Below are positions 25,981-40,755 of a DNA stretch of 64,000 nucleotides, piece after piece. The translations under genes and the position numbers were made by a program. Position 1 is the stretch's first letter, and each line of letters begins with the position of its first letter. Under the pieces are notes generated by a model. The model did no database searches. It was not told the DNA's origin and was given only the letters and a program-made list of their open reading frames with translations. This stretch comes from Octopus vulgaris (Eukaryota), in the NCBI GenBank assembly GCA_951406725.2, contig OX597835.1:11594001-11658000 (forward strand), read 5' to 3'.

Positions 25981-26268
25981 AGACGCAATGGCCCAATGGT
26001 TAGGGCAGCGGACCCGCGGTCGTAGGATCGCGGTTTCGATTCCCAGACCGGGCGTTGTGAGTGTTTATTGAGCGAAAACACCTAACTCTCCACGAGGCTC
26101 CAGCAGGGGGTGGGATGGCGATCCCTTCTGTACTCTTTCGCCACAACTTTCTCTCACTCTTTCTTCTATTGGCCTGCTTGCTTAGCCAGCGGGGTGGCGT
26201 CATTTGAAGGCTAAAACAATGCGAAGTTTGTGTAGCAAAATCTGATAGCCTGGTCGGTCACGGTGACG

Positions 26269-26272
<4 letters not shown>
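25977..26272 (+). mobile_element. SINE-A head with alternative 3' tail (variant 3)
   Basis: Diverges from family A after ctctcactct into ggcctgcttgcttagccagcgggg...cacggtgacggtga. Confidence 0.8.
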
Positions 26273-26318
<46 letters not shown>

Positions 26319-26884
26319 CACATGTATATCTATATATCTGTCTGTCTGTCTATCTATATATATGTTTTTGTGTCGGTGTGTCTCTGTCGGTCCCCCACTG
26401 CCGCTTGAAATATTCGTTGGACTGTTTACGTATCTATAACTTTGCGGTTAGCTAAAAAAGACCAATATGTATGTGCCAGTCTTTTAGAAAATAAGTACTG
26501 GGATCTATTCATCCGACTAAATACCTTTGAAGCGGTGCTGCAGTATGGCCGCAGTCTCCTAAACAGGTAAACAAGTAAAGGTTAACAGGTAAAAGGCCAG
26601 TTTTCGAAAATGGAGAAGGAACAGTCGAGCGTAACCTCTCCTTAAGTAGCAACGGTCTCAGGTTTCGGGATTCATTCATGAAACACAAATCTAAAGATAA
26701 CAAAATAGAGAACCCATCAGAACAGCTAAACGGCGTGAATGAACGCTGCAGCAGTAAAAACATAGAAATACATGGAAACACAGAATATAACAGACGACAG
26801 GCAGAAAGAATGCGACATAAAACTGCAATCATTTCTAATGAAATAATGGAATGTGTTCTTGAATATGTTATTAATTTTGTCTTT

Positions 26885-27048
<164 letters not shown>

Positions 27049-27228
27049 GATGGAAGAGAAATTGTGCGATCCGTTTCCATGGTGATAAACTTTGAACAAA
27101 GAAATATAAAATATTTTATGAAACAAAGTTCGTAAATCCCTTTCTCTATGTGAGTGTGTGTGTGCGTATGTGTGTGTGTGTGTTTGTGTATGTTTGTGTT
27201 TGTGTATGTGTGTGTGTGACTGTGCATA

Positions 27229-27266
<38 letters not shown>

Positions 27267-27326
27267 CACATACGCATATACATATCCGTATGTATATATG
27301 CACAATCGCAGAGAGACAAGCACACA

Positions 27327-27380
<54 letters not shown>

Positions 27381-27784
27381 CATATATACATTTATATGTC
27401 TGTGTGTGTGAATAGATGCATGTATGCATACATATATACATACATACATACATACATACATACATACAGAGTTCCAGTTTTTTATTCGCTGGAAGTAATT
27501 GAATATTGTTTGTGTAATTATTTCGAATTTTAATTGTCACTTGTCATTACCAAAAATGAAATGAACCAAATATTATAAATAATAAAATTGATGAACAAAC
27601 ATAAAGCGGGAAATAACCAAAGAGAAATTGAGAATACAGAATATATTAAAAATAAATGGATAGGAATTATGCTATGAAATTACTAGAATGCTGAAAAACC
27701 ATTTATATTCCTTTGTCTCTTGTTCTTTTAGAATGATTGCGAATTGTCAAAGATTTAGAATTATACACAGGTAGTTCAGATAAA

Positions 27785-29588
27785 TCCGAGGTTTGCAATC
27801 ATATTTTACCTAAGGACCTCTTTAATTACCATTTTACTTTGGCGAACTCTCGTAACCATTGGGTGTTTAAAATCTAGTTTTATAGAAACTTCTTTCAAAA
27901 TCCCTTTTTTTTTCTACACATTCTCTTGTGGTAGCCATATAAGACGTGGTTCTCAACCATTTTTTTTATATGTAGACCCCTTTCAATACTATTTCATTCT
28001 AGTGGACCCAACACGGCCATATGATGTTTAAAATCTAGTTTTATAGAAACCTCTTTCAAAATCCCTATTTTTTTGTACACATTCTCTTGTGTTAGCCATA
28101 TAAGACATGGTTCTCAACCATTTTTTTTATCTGTAGACCCCTTTCAATACTATTTCATTCTAGTGGATCCAACACGACCATTTGATGTCTAAAATCTAGT
28201 TTTATAGAAACTTCTGTCAAAATCCCAATTTTTTGTGTACACATTCTCTTGTGCTAGCCATATAAGAGGTAGTTCTCAACCATTTTTTTAATCTGTAGAC
28301 CCCTTTCAATACTATTTCATTCTAGTGGACCCAACACGACCATTTGATGTCTAAAATCTAGTTTTATAGAAACCTCTTTCAAAATCCCTATTTTTTTTTG
28401 TATACACTCTCTTGTGTTAGCCATATAAGAGGTAGTTCTCAACCATTTTTTTTATCTGTAGACACCTTTCAATACTATTTCATTCTAGTGGACCCAACAA
28501 GACCATTTGATGTCTAAAATCTAGTTTTATAGAAACTTCTGTCAAAATCTCTATTTTTTGTGTACACATTCTCTTGTGCTAGCCATATAAGAGGTAGTTC
28601 TCAACCATTTTTTTTATCTGTAGACACCTTTCAATACTATTTCATTCTAGTGGACCCAACAAGACCATTTGATGTCTAAAATCTAGTTTTATAGAAACTT
28701 CTTTCAAAATCTCTATTTTTTGTGTACACATTCTCTTGTGCTAGCCATATAAGAGGTAGTTCTCAACCATTTTTTTTATCTGTAGACCCCTTTCAATACT
28801 ATTTCATTCTAGTGGACCCAACACGACCATTTGATGTCTAAAATCTAGTTTTATAGAAACTTCTTTCAAAATTCCTATTTTGTTTTTTCACACGTTCTCT
28901 TGTGTTGGCTGAACCATTTAAAACGTGGTTCCCAACCATTTTTTATTTATTTAAGGACCCCTTTCAATACTATTTCATTCTAGTGGACCCCCACCACGGC
29001 CATTTGATGTTTAAAAACTAGTTTTATAGAAACTACTTTCAAAATTCCTATTTTGGTTTTTCACACATTCTCTTGTGTTGGCTGAACCATATAAAACGTG
29101 GTTCCCAACCATTTTTTTTACCTAAGGACCCCTTTCAATACTATTTCATTCTAGTGGACCCAACACGGCCATTGGGTGTTTAAAATCTAGTTTTATAGAA
29201 ACTTCTTTCAAAATCCCTATTGTGCTTTTTACACATTCTCTTGTGTTGGCCATATAAGACGTGGTTCTCAACCATTTTTTATCTGTAGACCCCTTTCAAT
29301 ACTATTTCCTTCTAGTGGACCCCCACCACGGCCATTTGATGTTTAAAAACTAGTTTTATAGAAACTACTTTCAAAATTCCTATTTTGGTTTTTCAGACGT
29401 TAGATTGTGTAAATTGAAACATGAGAGAGAGAAATCTATTTCTTACAATAAATACTTCAAAAGCAAAATTTTTCCATCGAGCTTTAGAATGCTACTGTGG
29501 ACCCTAATTTACTAATTTGCTTGTGTTGTGCCCCCAAGATCTTGGGGACACTAATTTGGACACTCTGGAATTATATGAACCCCGGTTG
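27785..29588 (+). mobile_element. hAT-like MITE with its left part amplified into a ~162-bp tandem array (~10 copies, ~27790-29395)
   Basis: aaaa(t/a)ctagttttatagaaac at 27869, 28030, 28191, 28353, 28516, 28678, 28840, 29013, 29182 and 29345; each unit contains gt(g/a)gttctcaacc (hAT TIR-like); right-end remnant gaaccccggttg at ~29577-29588. Confidence 0.75.
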
Positions 29589-30356
29589 TGTGTGTGTATG
29601 TAAACCTCCCTCGAGGATATCGGCTTTGATCCTTGATTTAGTTATTTTTCGCAGTATTGTATGAATAATACAACTATAATTATCACTACACTCTGTTTTA
29701 ATAGGGTTTAAAAATCAATTACTATCCCCAGAAAGGAAGAGATTTGTTCTCAGTTCCTGCCTTCTTAAACTGGGAAATATACTAGGTTCCTTAAAGGGTC
29801 AGATTTGTTGCAAGACTGTACATTTTGTTAAACAAAGTTTCCATTTTCTCAAATGGAAATTTAAACCAAATTTTATTCGCCACGGTGAATCGGTGTCATG
29901 GAAATGGTTATATCACTTTTGTATATAAGTTAGCTATGAATCTTATGATTTTATGTTCTATCCTCACCCACTGATTGCTAATATATATGTACGAGTGTCA
30001 TCTCTCCGTCTCTGTCTATCTATCTATTTGTCTGTCTATCTATCGATATGGAGAAATCGACAGATAGACATCAATTTATTAATAGAACTCCAATTACGAA
30101 TACTCTCAATTCCTGACAACCGACAATCGTTTCCATACTCAATAAATTCAAATAACAAAATCAAACTATGATGCATTTGAATATAGTTAATTGAATATTT
30201 CATCAGGGTTAGAAATCGATATAAAACGGAATCACATCTCAATGGATTAATTGATCATTGATCAATGATCTTCTTAGTACCTCTGCGATACACTGGATGA
30301 AAACCGGGGAACTTGGATGCTAGCATCCCTTTAAGAGGTATATATCCACGCAATAA

Positions 30357-30429
<73 letters not shown>

Positions 30430-30432
30430 CAC

Positions 30433-30519
<87 letters not shown>

Positions 30520-30678
30520 AGATGGGCTTTCTTTCAGTTTTCGTCTACCAAATCCCCTCACAAGGCTTTGGTCAGCCGAGGCTATAGTAGAAGGCACTTG
30601 CCCAAGGTGTCACACAGTGGGACTGAACTCGGAACCATGTGGTTGGTAAGCAAGCTACTTACTACACAGCCACTCCTT
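30520..30678 (-). mobile_element. SINE-B 5' half
   Basis: Matches the other B copies. Confidence 0.85.
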
Positions 30679-30684
30679 TGCCTA

Positions 30685-30790
30685 CGTTGTTAAGATTTCG
30701 GGCATAGCTCATCGTCGGAAACAGGGAAGTCCAAAGAAAAAGGAGGAAAAATAAGGGAAAATCTCCAACAATCCCTGTGCTGTTACACAT
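30685..30790 (-). mobile_element. Diverged relative of the 208-bp hammerhead element
   Basis: Minus strand atgtgtaacagc...gtttccgacgatgagctatgcccgaaatcttaac. Confidence 0.55.
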
Positions 30791-32795
30791 ACACAACATA
30801 TATGGATACTATATGTGTGCATAAATATGAATATAATATATGAGTATGCATATGTGTGTGTATATATGTATGTACATATGCATATGTGTATGTATGTATG
30901 TATGTGCGTGTGTACATATATATATATATATATACTTGTATACACATATATGTTGTGTGTATAGTTAGATGCACAGCTATTGTATAGGTTAGAGTTCCAT
31001 GGAGATTATCATTATCATTATCCAGTCAGCTTCCATTATAGTGGATAAATTACCACCGTACCTCCTAGTCGTATTACTAGTTATTATACACAGGCTATAT
31101 GCTGGGGGAACATTAAGGAGGGCAGCCGTCAGATATTACATCAAACCTGTATTGGTCTGCTACTAAGCGTATTAACCCTAAAGGATGAAATGCAAAATAT
31201 TACGATACCACATGAAAATACGACAATAAACTACTGTTTCTTGGTGTTGCCAATCGAAAGGACGCAAACTACATTGTTTGTATAAATTATAAGTCATTCA
31301 GTCTATCGTATAGTTAGTATTTCCTGTTTAGTTTGACCTTCTTGTTTCCTTTTAGTTTTTGAAATTTGTTTAACCTTCTCATTGTCTGGCAAAAACGAAC
31401 AAGAGTATCAATAAAGTTGAAAATTATGTTGTATTTGTTGTTGTTATTATCATTATTATCACCGATTTCTTAAAATAATTTCGATAAAAGAAAGTTATTT
31501 ATGTGCTTTTAGTGTGAAAGAATTTCTAAAAGACTATTAAATGGCGAAAAATTGTTGCAACGATGACTGTTTGGCGTCCATCCATTTTGATTACAAAATA
31601 ATATCTGGCTACATTAAAATAAAAGATGGCGACTATCTAGAATCTCCCCGATGCATTCCAGCGATAAATTGGATCTGCTAAACTGAAAAGAAAGGATAAA
31701 GCTTCTTAAAGGAAAAAAAATGAAAACGAAAAACAAGCAAAGAATGAACTAATATTGAAAGGGACTTGAGGCAAACATTTTAAATTATATTAAACGGTTT
31801 TATTGTTATTTTTCAAATAGTTTAATACAATTTGTCAAATTGATTTTTTTTCTCTTACCCTTAATTTAAATACGTCATGCACACACAGACACACACACAG
31901 ACATATACCTTCCCCCAAGAAACAACAACACGAAGTTAAAATACAACAAAACTCGTGAATCTTTTTATAATAACAATACTGTTTTTCTTTCCCTCTGGCA
32001 ATGAAAGACGCTTGACAAAGCAGAAAAGAAAAATGGCGTTTTCTGCTGACATACAATTTTTCTTTCCTTTCTTTTTTATATATTTATTCATTTATTTTTT
32101 TTTCAATTTCTTTTCGGAATTGCGAAAGCGATTATTGGCTTTAATGTTCAAGGCTTAGTTTGAAAACCAAAGCAAACAGGATCAGATTTAACCAATACAT
32201 TAGATTGATAACGATCAGTTTATTCTTAACGACACGAGGAAATATGTGCAAAACCCCACGTTGTTTGAATTTATTCCACACAAAGCGTGATAAGTGCCTG
32301 AGTTCGTCTCTTCCTTACAAAAGACAAACTGCTTACCTTTGTTGATTTACTGTGAAGATCAAAGATAGTTTTTATTCTTTATTTAATATTTATATTTATA
32401 CATTTATATTTATTTTATTTTATTTCTGTTCAGGATTTGTTTTTACTAAAGCGTTTTCCAGGAGCAAAGATCCAGTTTTATGTTAGAAAGGGAGAACTGA
32501 GGATGTGAAGTGTTCATGATTTGTTGGAAACGTTATCAACGTTTTCTAGGGTGTGCAAACACCCTACGTTACAACTGGGAAATAATCACTGACTTCAAAG
32601 TTTCACATAAAGCTAGGAATCTCAGGGGAGTGAGAGTAGGTTGATTACATCGATCCCACTGCACAAGGGATACTTATTTCATTGACCCCCGAAAGGGATG
32701 AAAGAAAAACGTAAAGACAGACAAAATATCGCTAAGCATTTTGCCCGGCGTGCTAACACATATTTCAGCTTGCCGCCTTATACTAGGAAATAATC

Positions 32796-33210
32796 TATTT
32801 CTTTACTACCCACAAGGGGCTAAACACAGAGTTGACAAACAAGGACAAACAGAAGGATTAAGTCGATTACATCGACCCCAGTGCGTAACTAGTACTTAAT
32901 TTATCGACCCTGAAAGGATGAAAGGCAAAGTCGACCTCGGCGGAATTTGAACCCAGAACGTAGCGGCAGACGAAATACCTATTTCTTTACTACCCACAAG
33001 GGGCTAAACACAGAGAGGACAAACAAGGACAGACAAATGGATTAAGTCGATTACATCGACTCCAGTGTATAACTGGTACTTATTTAATCGACCCCGAAAG
33101 GATGAAAGGCAAAGTCGACCTCGGTTGAATTTGAATCCAGAACATAACGGCAGACGAAATACGGCTACGCATTTCGCCCGGCGTGCTAACGTTTCTGCCA
33201 GTCCGCCGCC
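32796..33210 (-). mobile_element. Dimeric SINE-C insertion (full plus partial copy) between two older SINE-C-like copies
   Basis: 15-bp TSD tactaggaaataatc at 32781-32795 and 33211-33225. Confidence 0.88.
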
Positions 33211-33867
33211 TACTAGGAAATAATCACTGATTTTAAACTGGTACAATACCAACAAGTACAGGGAGGATTTAAGTCGATTATATCGACCTCATCGCTCAAC
33301 TGGTACCTATTTTATCGACATTGAAAAGATGAACAGTAATGTCGACAATGGCGGAATTTGAAATCTAGTGAAGACGGAAGAACTACTGCTGAAAATTACA
33401 CCCGGCGTGCTAACGATAACGCCAGCCCGCCCGCCGCCTTACACTGGGAAATAATTATTAAAAGTAAATCAATAAATACAGGCAGTAGTTTTCAGAAGCT
33501 CTCAAAAATGGCAATCTATTTATTTCCTGTTTAAAATTTTGAGCTAAAATTATTAAATATTTATTAGATCCAATATGGCAGATCTTTGATGCCAGCGGTT
33601 AATTGTGTAACGCATCGCGCACCATGGCATTATCAAAATTGTACACGTCAGTATATTTACACTTGTTCTGAAGATTATGCTAAAGAATATTTTTTATTTA
33701 AAACCCTAAATTAACTACACTTCATGACCACAAATAATATAGCATATTTGGAAAATCATTGGAATTTCCTGATACTAAAAATAATTTAGTCACGTAATCT
33801 ACGTCCTATTCGAGGTGAGGCAATATCTAAATATTAACATAGGCTGAATTCGAAAATTATGTTGTAC

Positions 33868-33909
<42 letters not shown>

Positions 33910-34050
33910 AAATCAAAATGAGGGTGAAAAATTGGATATTAATTTGCAAAATTTTCTGGAGAACAATTCTTAGTGGTTAAGACCATAGCGGATCTTCTAG
34001 CATAAGGGTTTCCACATAGTGGTTAAAAAATTCCCTCTTATATATATATT

Positions 34051-34136
<86 letters not shown>

Positions 34137-34312
34137 CGTGTGTGTGCATCAGTATTAATAAAACAGATGGAAACAGAGATTTTCTTTGTATGACATGATG
34201 TTTCGGCCCGTTTTGGGTCTCTTCGGGTACATATATAAAAGAAAGTCTCACTAGAGATTCGGTTTTACGTATTGCTAAATGTCCGTCAACTTTGGGAATG
34301 AGAAATATATAT

Positions 34313-34409
<97 letters not shown>

Positions 34410-34630
34410 CAATCATATATATAAAATTCAAATTAACAACTTTGTCTATATATCTACCTTCTCTATAATGTTATCAATTAATATGAAAATTATGTATTAA
34501 TGCGAAACCTCTATAAATGGCTGATGATTGCTCAACATTTTAAAACTGTTGTAATATTTACAATATTTAATAAAATGATGTAGCGGGAAACGATCGTACC
34601 AAATTACCGGAGATATACTTGTTGCTTATT

Positions 34631-34669
<39 letters not shown>

Positions 34670-34698
34670 TATATATATAAACATGTATATATATAAAC

Positions 34699-34749
<51 letters not shown>

Positions 34750-35212
34750 TATATAAATATAAATATATATATATATATGTGTGTGTGTATATACGTGTAT
34801 CTATATATGTTTATATATATATATATATAAACATATATATATATATATATACACATATATGTATATGTATGTTGTATGTTGGGCACGTATGTATGTAAGT
34901 ATGTTGGCCACGTAAACAAGTACGAACATAGTAATTATCCACAATCATGACTTAGACGGCAAATAAAAGACAATTCCAGTGTACACAGATCGCTATAATC
35001 ACTGTTGCCATTATCTTTCTAAACACCAACATCTTCACATCTAATACACTGTAAGCGGCTACAACAATAAATAATAAATATTTAGAAACATTTTTTTATG
35101 AAACTGATGTTGAAATCTAAATACGTTTATACATACGTGTATATATATATATATACATATATATATATACACATACATATATATATATACATACATACAT
35201 ATATATATATTC

Positions 35213-35286
<74 letters not shown>

Positions 35287-35820
35287 CGTATGTATGTGTA
35301 TATATATATCTATATCTGTGTGTATATATATATATATTTGTTTGTTTGTGTGTGTATGTGTGTATGTATGCATGTCTGTATATATATATATATATATATC
35401 TGTGTGTGTGTGTATGCACACATATACACTGATCTGATCTCCAATTTATATATATCCTAAAGGTATTGACACCTGTATGGTGATTAAAACAAATCACTAA
35501 AAAAAATCAACAAAAAACAAAAAAATACAAATAAATATATATATATAAAACAATAGAATTCACAAAGAACATGGTGTAGATAGAAATATAAAGAAGAAAG
35601 AACAAAATAGGAAAAACCAACAGAGAGGTAGATAACGCGAAAATCGTGTATAGTACAGATGACTTCAATGAAGAACCGAAGAAAGGAATTATGAAAAAAA
35701 TGTAACGATATAGACGGATCTAAATACTGAATTAAGTAAGGAATTTCAGATACAGTATAAACAAGTACAATTTATATAAGCAGCTATATATTTATGTGTG
35801 TGTATGTGTGTGATTATATA

Positions 35821-35867
<47 letters not shown>

Positions 35868-36410
35868 ACATACTCATACATATATATATATATGTATATA
35901 TATATGTATATATATACATATATATATATATGTATGTATATATATAAACATAAATACATATATATATACATACATGCATATACATAAATATATATATGTG
36001 TGTATATGTATATAGTTATATTGATAGATAGATATACATATGTATAATGTAGATATATATATATATATATATATACATGTATATATATATATAAATATAA
36101 ATACATATATATATATACATACATATACATAGATATATATATGTGTGTATATGTATAGTGTTATTGATGGACATGTACATATGTATAATGTATATATATA
36201 TATATATATATATAATTTCTATTTATATACACGTATAAACATACATACATACATACATATATATATACATACATATATATAGATATATATATGTATATGT
36301 ATGTAGTTATATTGATAGACAGAAGGATAGATAGATATACTGATGTATATATATATATATAATTTCTCTCTCTCTCTCTATATATATATACGTATATGTA
36401 TATACATACA

Positions 36411-36475
<65 letters not shown>

Positions 36476-36698
36476 GTATGTATATATATGCATATACGTG
36501 AATGTATGCTTTAGGTATATGCGAAAGCTTCCTATTTGATCAAAAGCTAAATAATTATGGTGTGGCATCGATTTGAAAAGTGGCAATGCCTGATTGTTAT
36601 ATTCTCTTCTGTTTTTCTTCTTGTGTTTTTGAAGTTGTGAATGTGAATGTGTGCTTTTTCTCCGAGTATCCATATGCAGATAGAGAGATAGATTGATT

Positions 36699-36771
<73 letters not shown>

Positions 36772-36820
36772 GTAGATAGATACATAGATAAATAGATAGA
36801 TAGGTAGATAGATAGATAGG

Positions 36821-36867
<47 letters not shown>

Positions 36868-36900
36868 GTAGATAGATACATAGATAAATAGATAGATAGG

Positions 36901-36975
<75 letters not shown>

Positions 36976-37008
36976 GTAGATAGATACATAGATAAATAGA
37001 TAGATAGG

Positions 37009-37043
<35 letters not shown>

Positions 37044-37052
37044 GTAGGTAGA

Positions 37053-37900
37053 TATGTTTCTTTATTAGCCACACAGGGCTGCACACAGATAGAACAAATT
37101 ACAAGGTAGAGCTTTTCTTTTGAAGGTTTAAAAAAAAAAAAAAAAAAAAAAAAGGAAGGGGGAGTTTCGATCAAAAGGGATCGTAAAAGGAGAGAAAGAG
37201 GACAAAAAAAAGGGGGGTTAAAAAATGGGGGGGGGAAATTGATCAATAGGGATCGTTATCACAGAAATGTCAATATGAAGTGTAAAGGGGAGGACAGGTG
37301 AGGTTTACCCGTGCAAAGAAAAGCCTACGGAAAAGACCACGGTAACCTCGGTCAATGATGTCACATTTTATATTTCTTTTTTTTTTTTTTTTTTGCAAAT
37401 AAGCAACTCTCTGTTTTCGATTTCTGGGTTCATAGGACTATGCTCAAGGTGGCTTCGTCATTCATACGTACCATTCTTGCTACATTCACCCATCTTTTTT
37501 AAAACATTCGCTAGACAAAACTTGCCTCTCTACTCTCACTTTCCTTTTCAAGTGGTACTTGAAGAAGTTGATGAGAGATTGACCAGAGAGGAAAGTGTTT
37601 GTCTCCAATCCTTTCAGACGCGTCCACCAGATACATTCTTTCGCCATAGCCACAAGGATGATGAGTCGTCCTGAACAGGCGGGTCAGGTACTCCTCGTCG
37701 ACGTCCAGGTTCGCCCCGAGCTCGTCGTCGTACCTCCCCTCCACTAAACCCCTATAGAATGCTTTGGTTGTGTTGAAGTCACTTAAGGTCGACCCAGGAC
37801 GGCAGAGTTGCTTGAGAGCAACGCGACACTCGCGGTGCCATTCGCCCTTCCTCGGCCTCTTTTTGATCCACGACTGCAGTTCGGTCATGGAGACGAGCTG
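37053..37900 (-). mobile_element. Tx1-like (L1 clade) LINE 3' fragment, probably internally deleted, inserted in (TAGA)n
   Basis: Minus strand ..TTKAFYRGLVEG..LTRLF then IILVAMAKECIWWTRLKGLETNTFLSGQSLINFFKYHLKRKVRVERQVLSSECFKKRWVNV..LSIVL* (stop 37430-37432); (GATA)n on both sides. Confidence 0.8.
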
Positions 37901-37904
37901 TAGG

Positions 37905-38057
<153 letters not shown>

Positions 38058-38254
38058 TGACTGATAGATAAATAGATTAATTCATAGATAGACAGATAGA
38101 TTGATGCATACATACATACATACATACATACATACATACATAGACAAATGAATACATATATACATTTATATGTATGTACATCACACCATCATCGGTTGCC
38201 AAGTGATGATGAAGGGACAAGCACAGGCACGTAAACATATATGTGTTTGTGCGC

Positions 38255-38299
<45 letters not shown>

Positions 38300-38450
38300 C
38301 GTGTGTGTAGGCGCATGACCTGGTAGTTAGAGCAGCAGGCTCGTGGTCGACGTGTGCGTTCATGAACAAAACAACAAAACTCCACGCGGCTCCTACAGAA
38401 CTTCTGCTCACTCTTACTCCACAACTCCCTCTCTCTCTTTCCTTCCTATG

Positions 38451-38482
<32 letters not shown>

Positions 38483-38570
38483 TACATATATACATATAAA
38501 TTTAAATTTAAAATGATGGTGAGAAATTAAATATTAATTTAATTAACATCGATTTCACACCTGTGGTCTA

Positions 38571-38620
<50 letters not shown>

Positions 38621-38625
<5 letters not shown>

Positions 38626-38825
38626 CAAATAAAACATATGCATATATATATATACATATATGTACGTACCTATCTCTACATGTATATATACACGCATATA
38701 TATGAGTACAGGACACCAAAAAAACGTCGAACACAATGAGAAACGAAAACATAGACACAAACCCAAGGAACAGGACAAATAACACAAGGAAAAAACCCCT
38801 TCTTCAGTCGCCATGGTTTCATCTA

Positions 38826-38828
<3 letters not shown>
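38621..38828 (-). mobile_element. (TA)n-embedded relative of the 9631-10619 terminal repeat
   Basis: Minus strand ggtgtcctgtactca...taggtacgtacatatatg; CUGAAGA at 38801-38807. Confidence 0.7.
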
Positions 38829-38866
<38 letters not shown>

Positions 38867-38895
38867 TATGTTTGTATGTATGTATGTATATATAG

Positions 38896-38965
<70 letters not shown>

Positions 38966-39433
38966 CATTTGTGCTCACAAACAAAGGAGCAATACCTAAT
39001 AAACAAGTGGTTTATAAACATGAGTTTAAAGTGTTATTGTCAAACAGAAAAAGATTGGGAATCGTATGACCGCTTCTACGAACATACCGCTTCTAATAAG
39101 AAAGCTGGTGGATAGCTTTTACACTATCACACTTTGTATTAGAAAATTGTTTAACAATATGTGGCCGCCTTGACGTATCTTCTCATGACTGAAACTGTCT
39201 TATAGACGTGTAATGTTTCCACATAAGAGAGAGAGATATACATTTAGAAATATGAATGAAAAAAAAAAACACTGTAAGTACACTCACGGCCGGTGTCGGA
39301 ATTGGACACTCGAGGATGTGAATTTGCACGACACGAAGAAGAGTTCCTCCAACACCGACGCCAGATAGGACAATAATTTGTACAGTGATAAGAAATCTAT
39401 TTAGCCTCTCACACACACACACACACATACACA

Positions 39434-39479
<46 letters not shown>

Positions 39480-39741
39480 CACACACACATACACACGCAC
39501 ACACACACACACACACACACTCACTCACACACTCACACGCATGCACACTCACACAGAAATACACACACACCCATACACACACATATCCGTATAAGACAGG
39601 CTTCTTTCAGTTTCCGTTTACCTAGCACATTTGGGCAAGGTGTCAAGCAGTGGGGTTGAACCCGGAACCATGTGGTTGGAAATCAAACTTCTTACCATCT
39701 AGCCACTCAGATACATACACACACACACACACACACACACA

Positions 39742-39810
<69 letters not shown>

Positions 39811-39813
<3 letters not shown>

Positions 39814-39934
39814 GAAAAATACAACATGGACAAGAACGTATAACTCTTAGAAGACGATACAATAAACACGGACAGGACATTCGAAACCCTCAGTCTTCAG
39901 TCAAGAACCGGATCATCGTAGTAATTTCGGCTGA
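39811..39934 (-). mobile_element. Short (TA)n-embedded fragment with hammerhead-like boxes
   Basis: Minus strand ccgaaa (39925-39930) followed by ctgaaga (39894-39900); bounded by (TA)n. Confidence 0.45.
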
Positions 39935-40755
39935 TATACATATATACATATATATATATACATATATATAAATATATACACTTTTATACATACACACAAA
40001 CATATATAGACATATATACTTACGCACACACTCACCACTTAAACATGATTTATACACTTACACTCGCAAACACTCCTGCACTCGTATACGTACGCACACA
40101 TGAATAGAAACAGTTACAGAAGGTAAAAAAGTGACTAATATGTGTGTGTGTGTATTATTGTGTGTCTGTGTGTATATGCATGAGTGCAGTTGTCTGTGAG
40201 TATATGTGTGTGTTTATGTGTGTGTGTAGTCATGTGTGTATATGTGTGCGTGTGCGTGTGTGCGTATGCATGTGGTGTATATGTGTGCGCGCGTGTATGT
40301 GTGTGTGTGTGCACGTGTGTGTGTGCACGTGTGTGTGTGTGCACGTGTGTGTGTGCATCTATGTGTGTGCACGTGTGTGTGTGTGCACGTATGTGTGTGC
40401 ACGTGTGTGTGTGCTTGTGTTGTGTGTGTTTGTGCGTGTTTGTGTGTTTGAAAACGTAACAATTTTCTAGGTTCCATTTACCATTCCTGAAAGAATATTA
40501 GGAAAAGTATATTAGGAAAAAGATAAGATAACGAAATGTTTTCTGCTTTTTGATAACGAAATATCGATATACGACTTGAAAAGGAAATTAAGCCGCCATA
40601 CCTGGCAGTGGATAATAATAATAATGATAGTAGCAATAAATTTGATTCAAGGCTGATTGAATGTATGTACTCATAGTCTTCCATACATCCCTTCAAACTT
40701 ACATACATGCGTACATAATACATCTGTATTATACTTGTTTATACAGATAGACCTA

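Noticed and set aside
30253-30270. 18-bp perfect palindrome gatcattgatcaatgatc
   Set aside because: Short and low-complexity, with no context suggesting function
36161-37246. 361-aa ORF, the longest in the track
   Set aside because: Translation of (TCTA)n and (TA)n microsatellites plus a LINE 3' UTR
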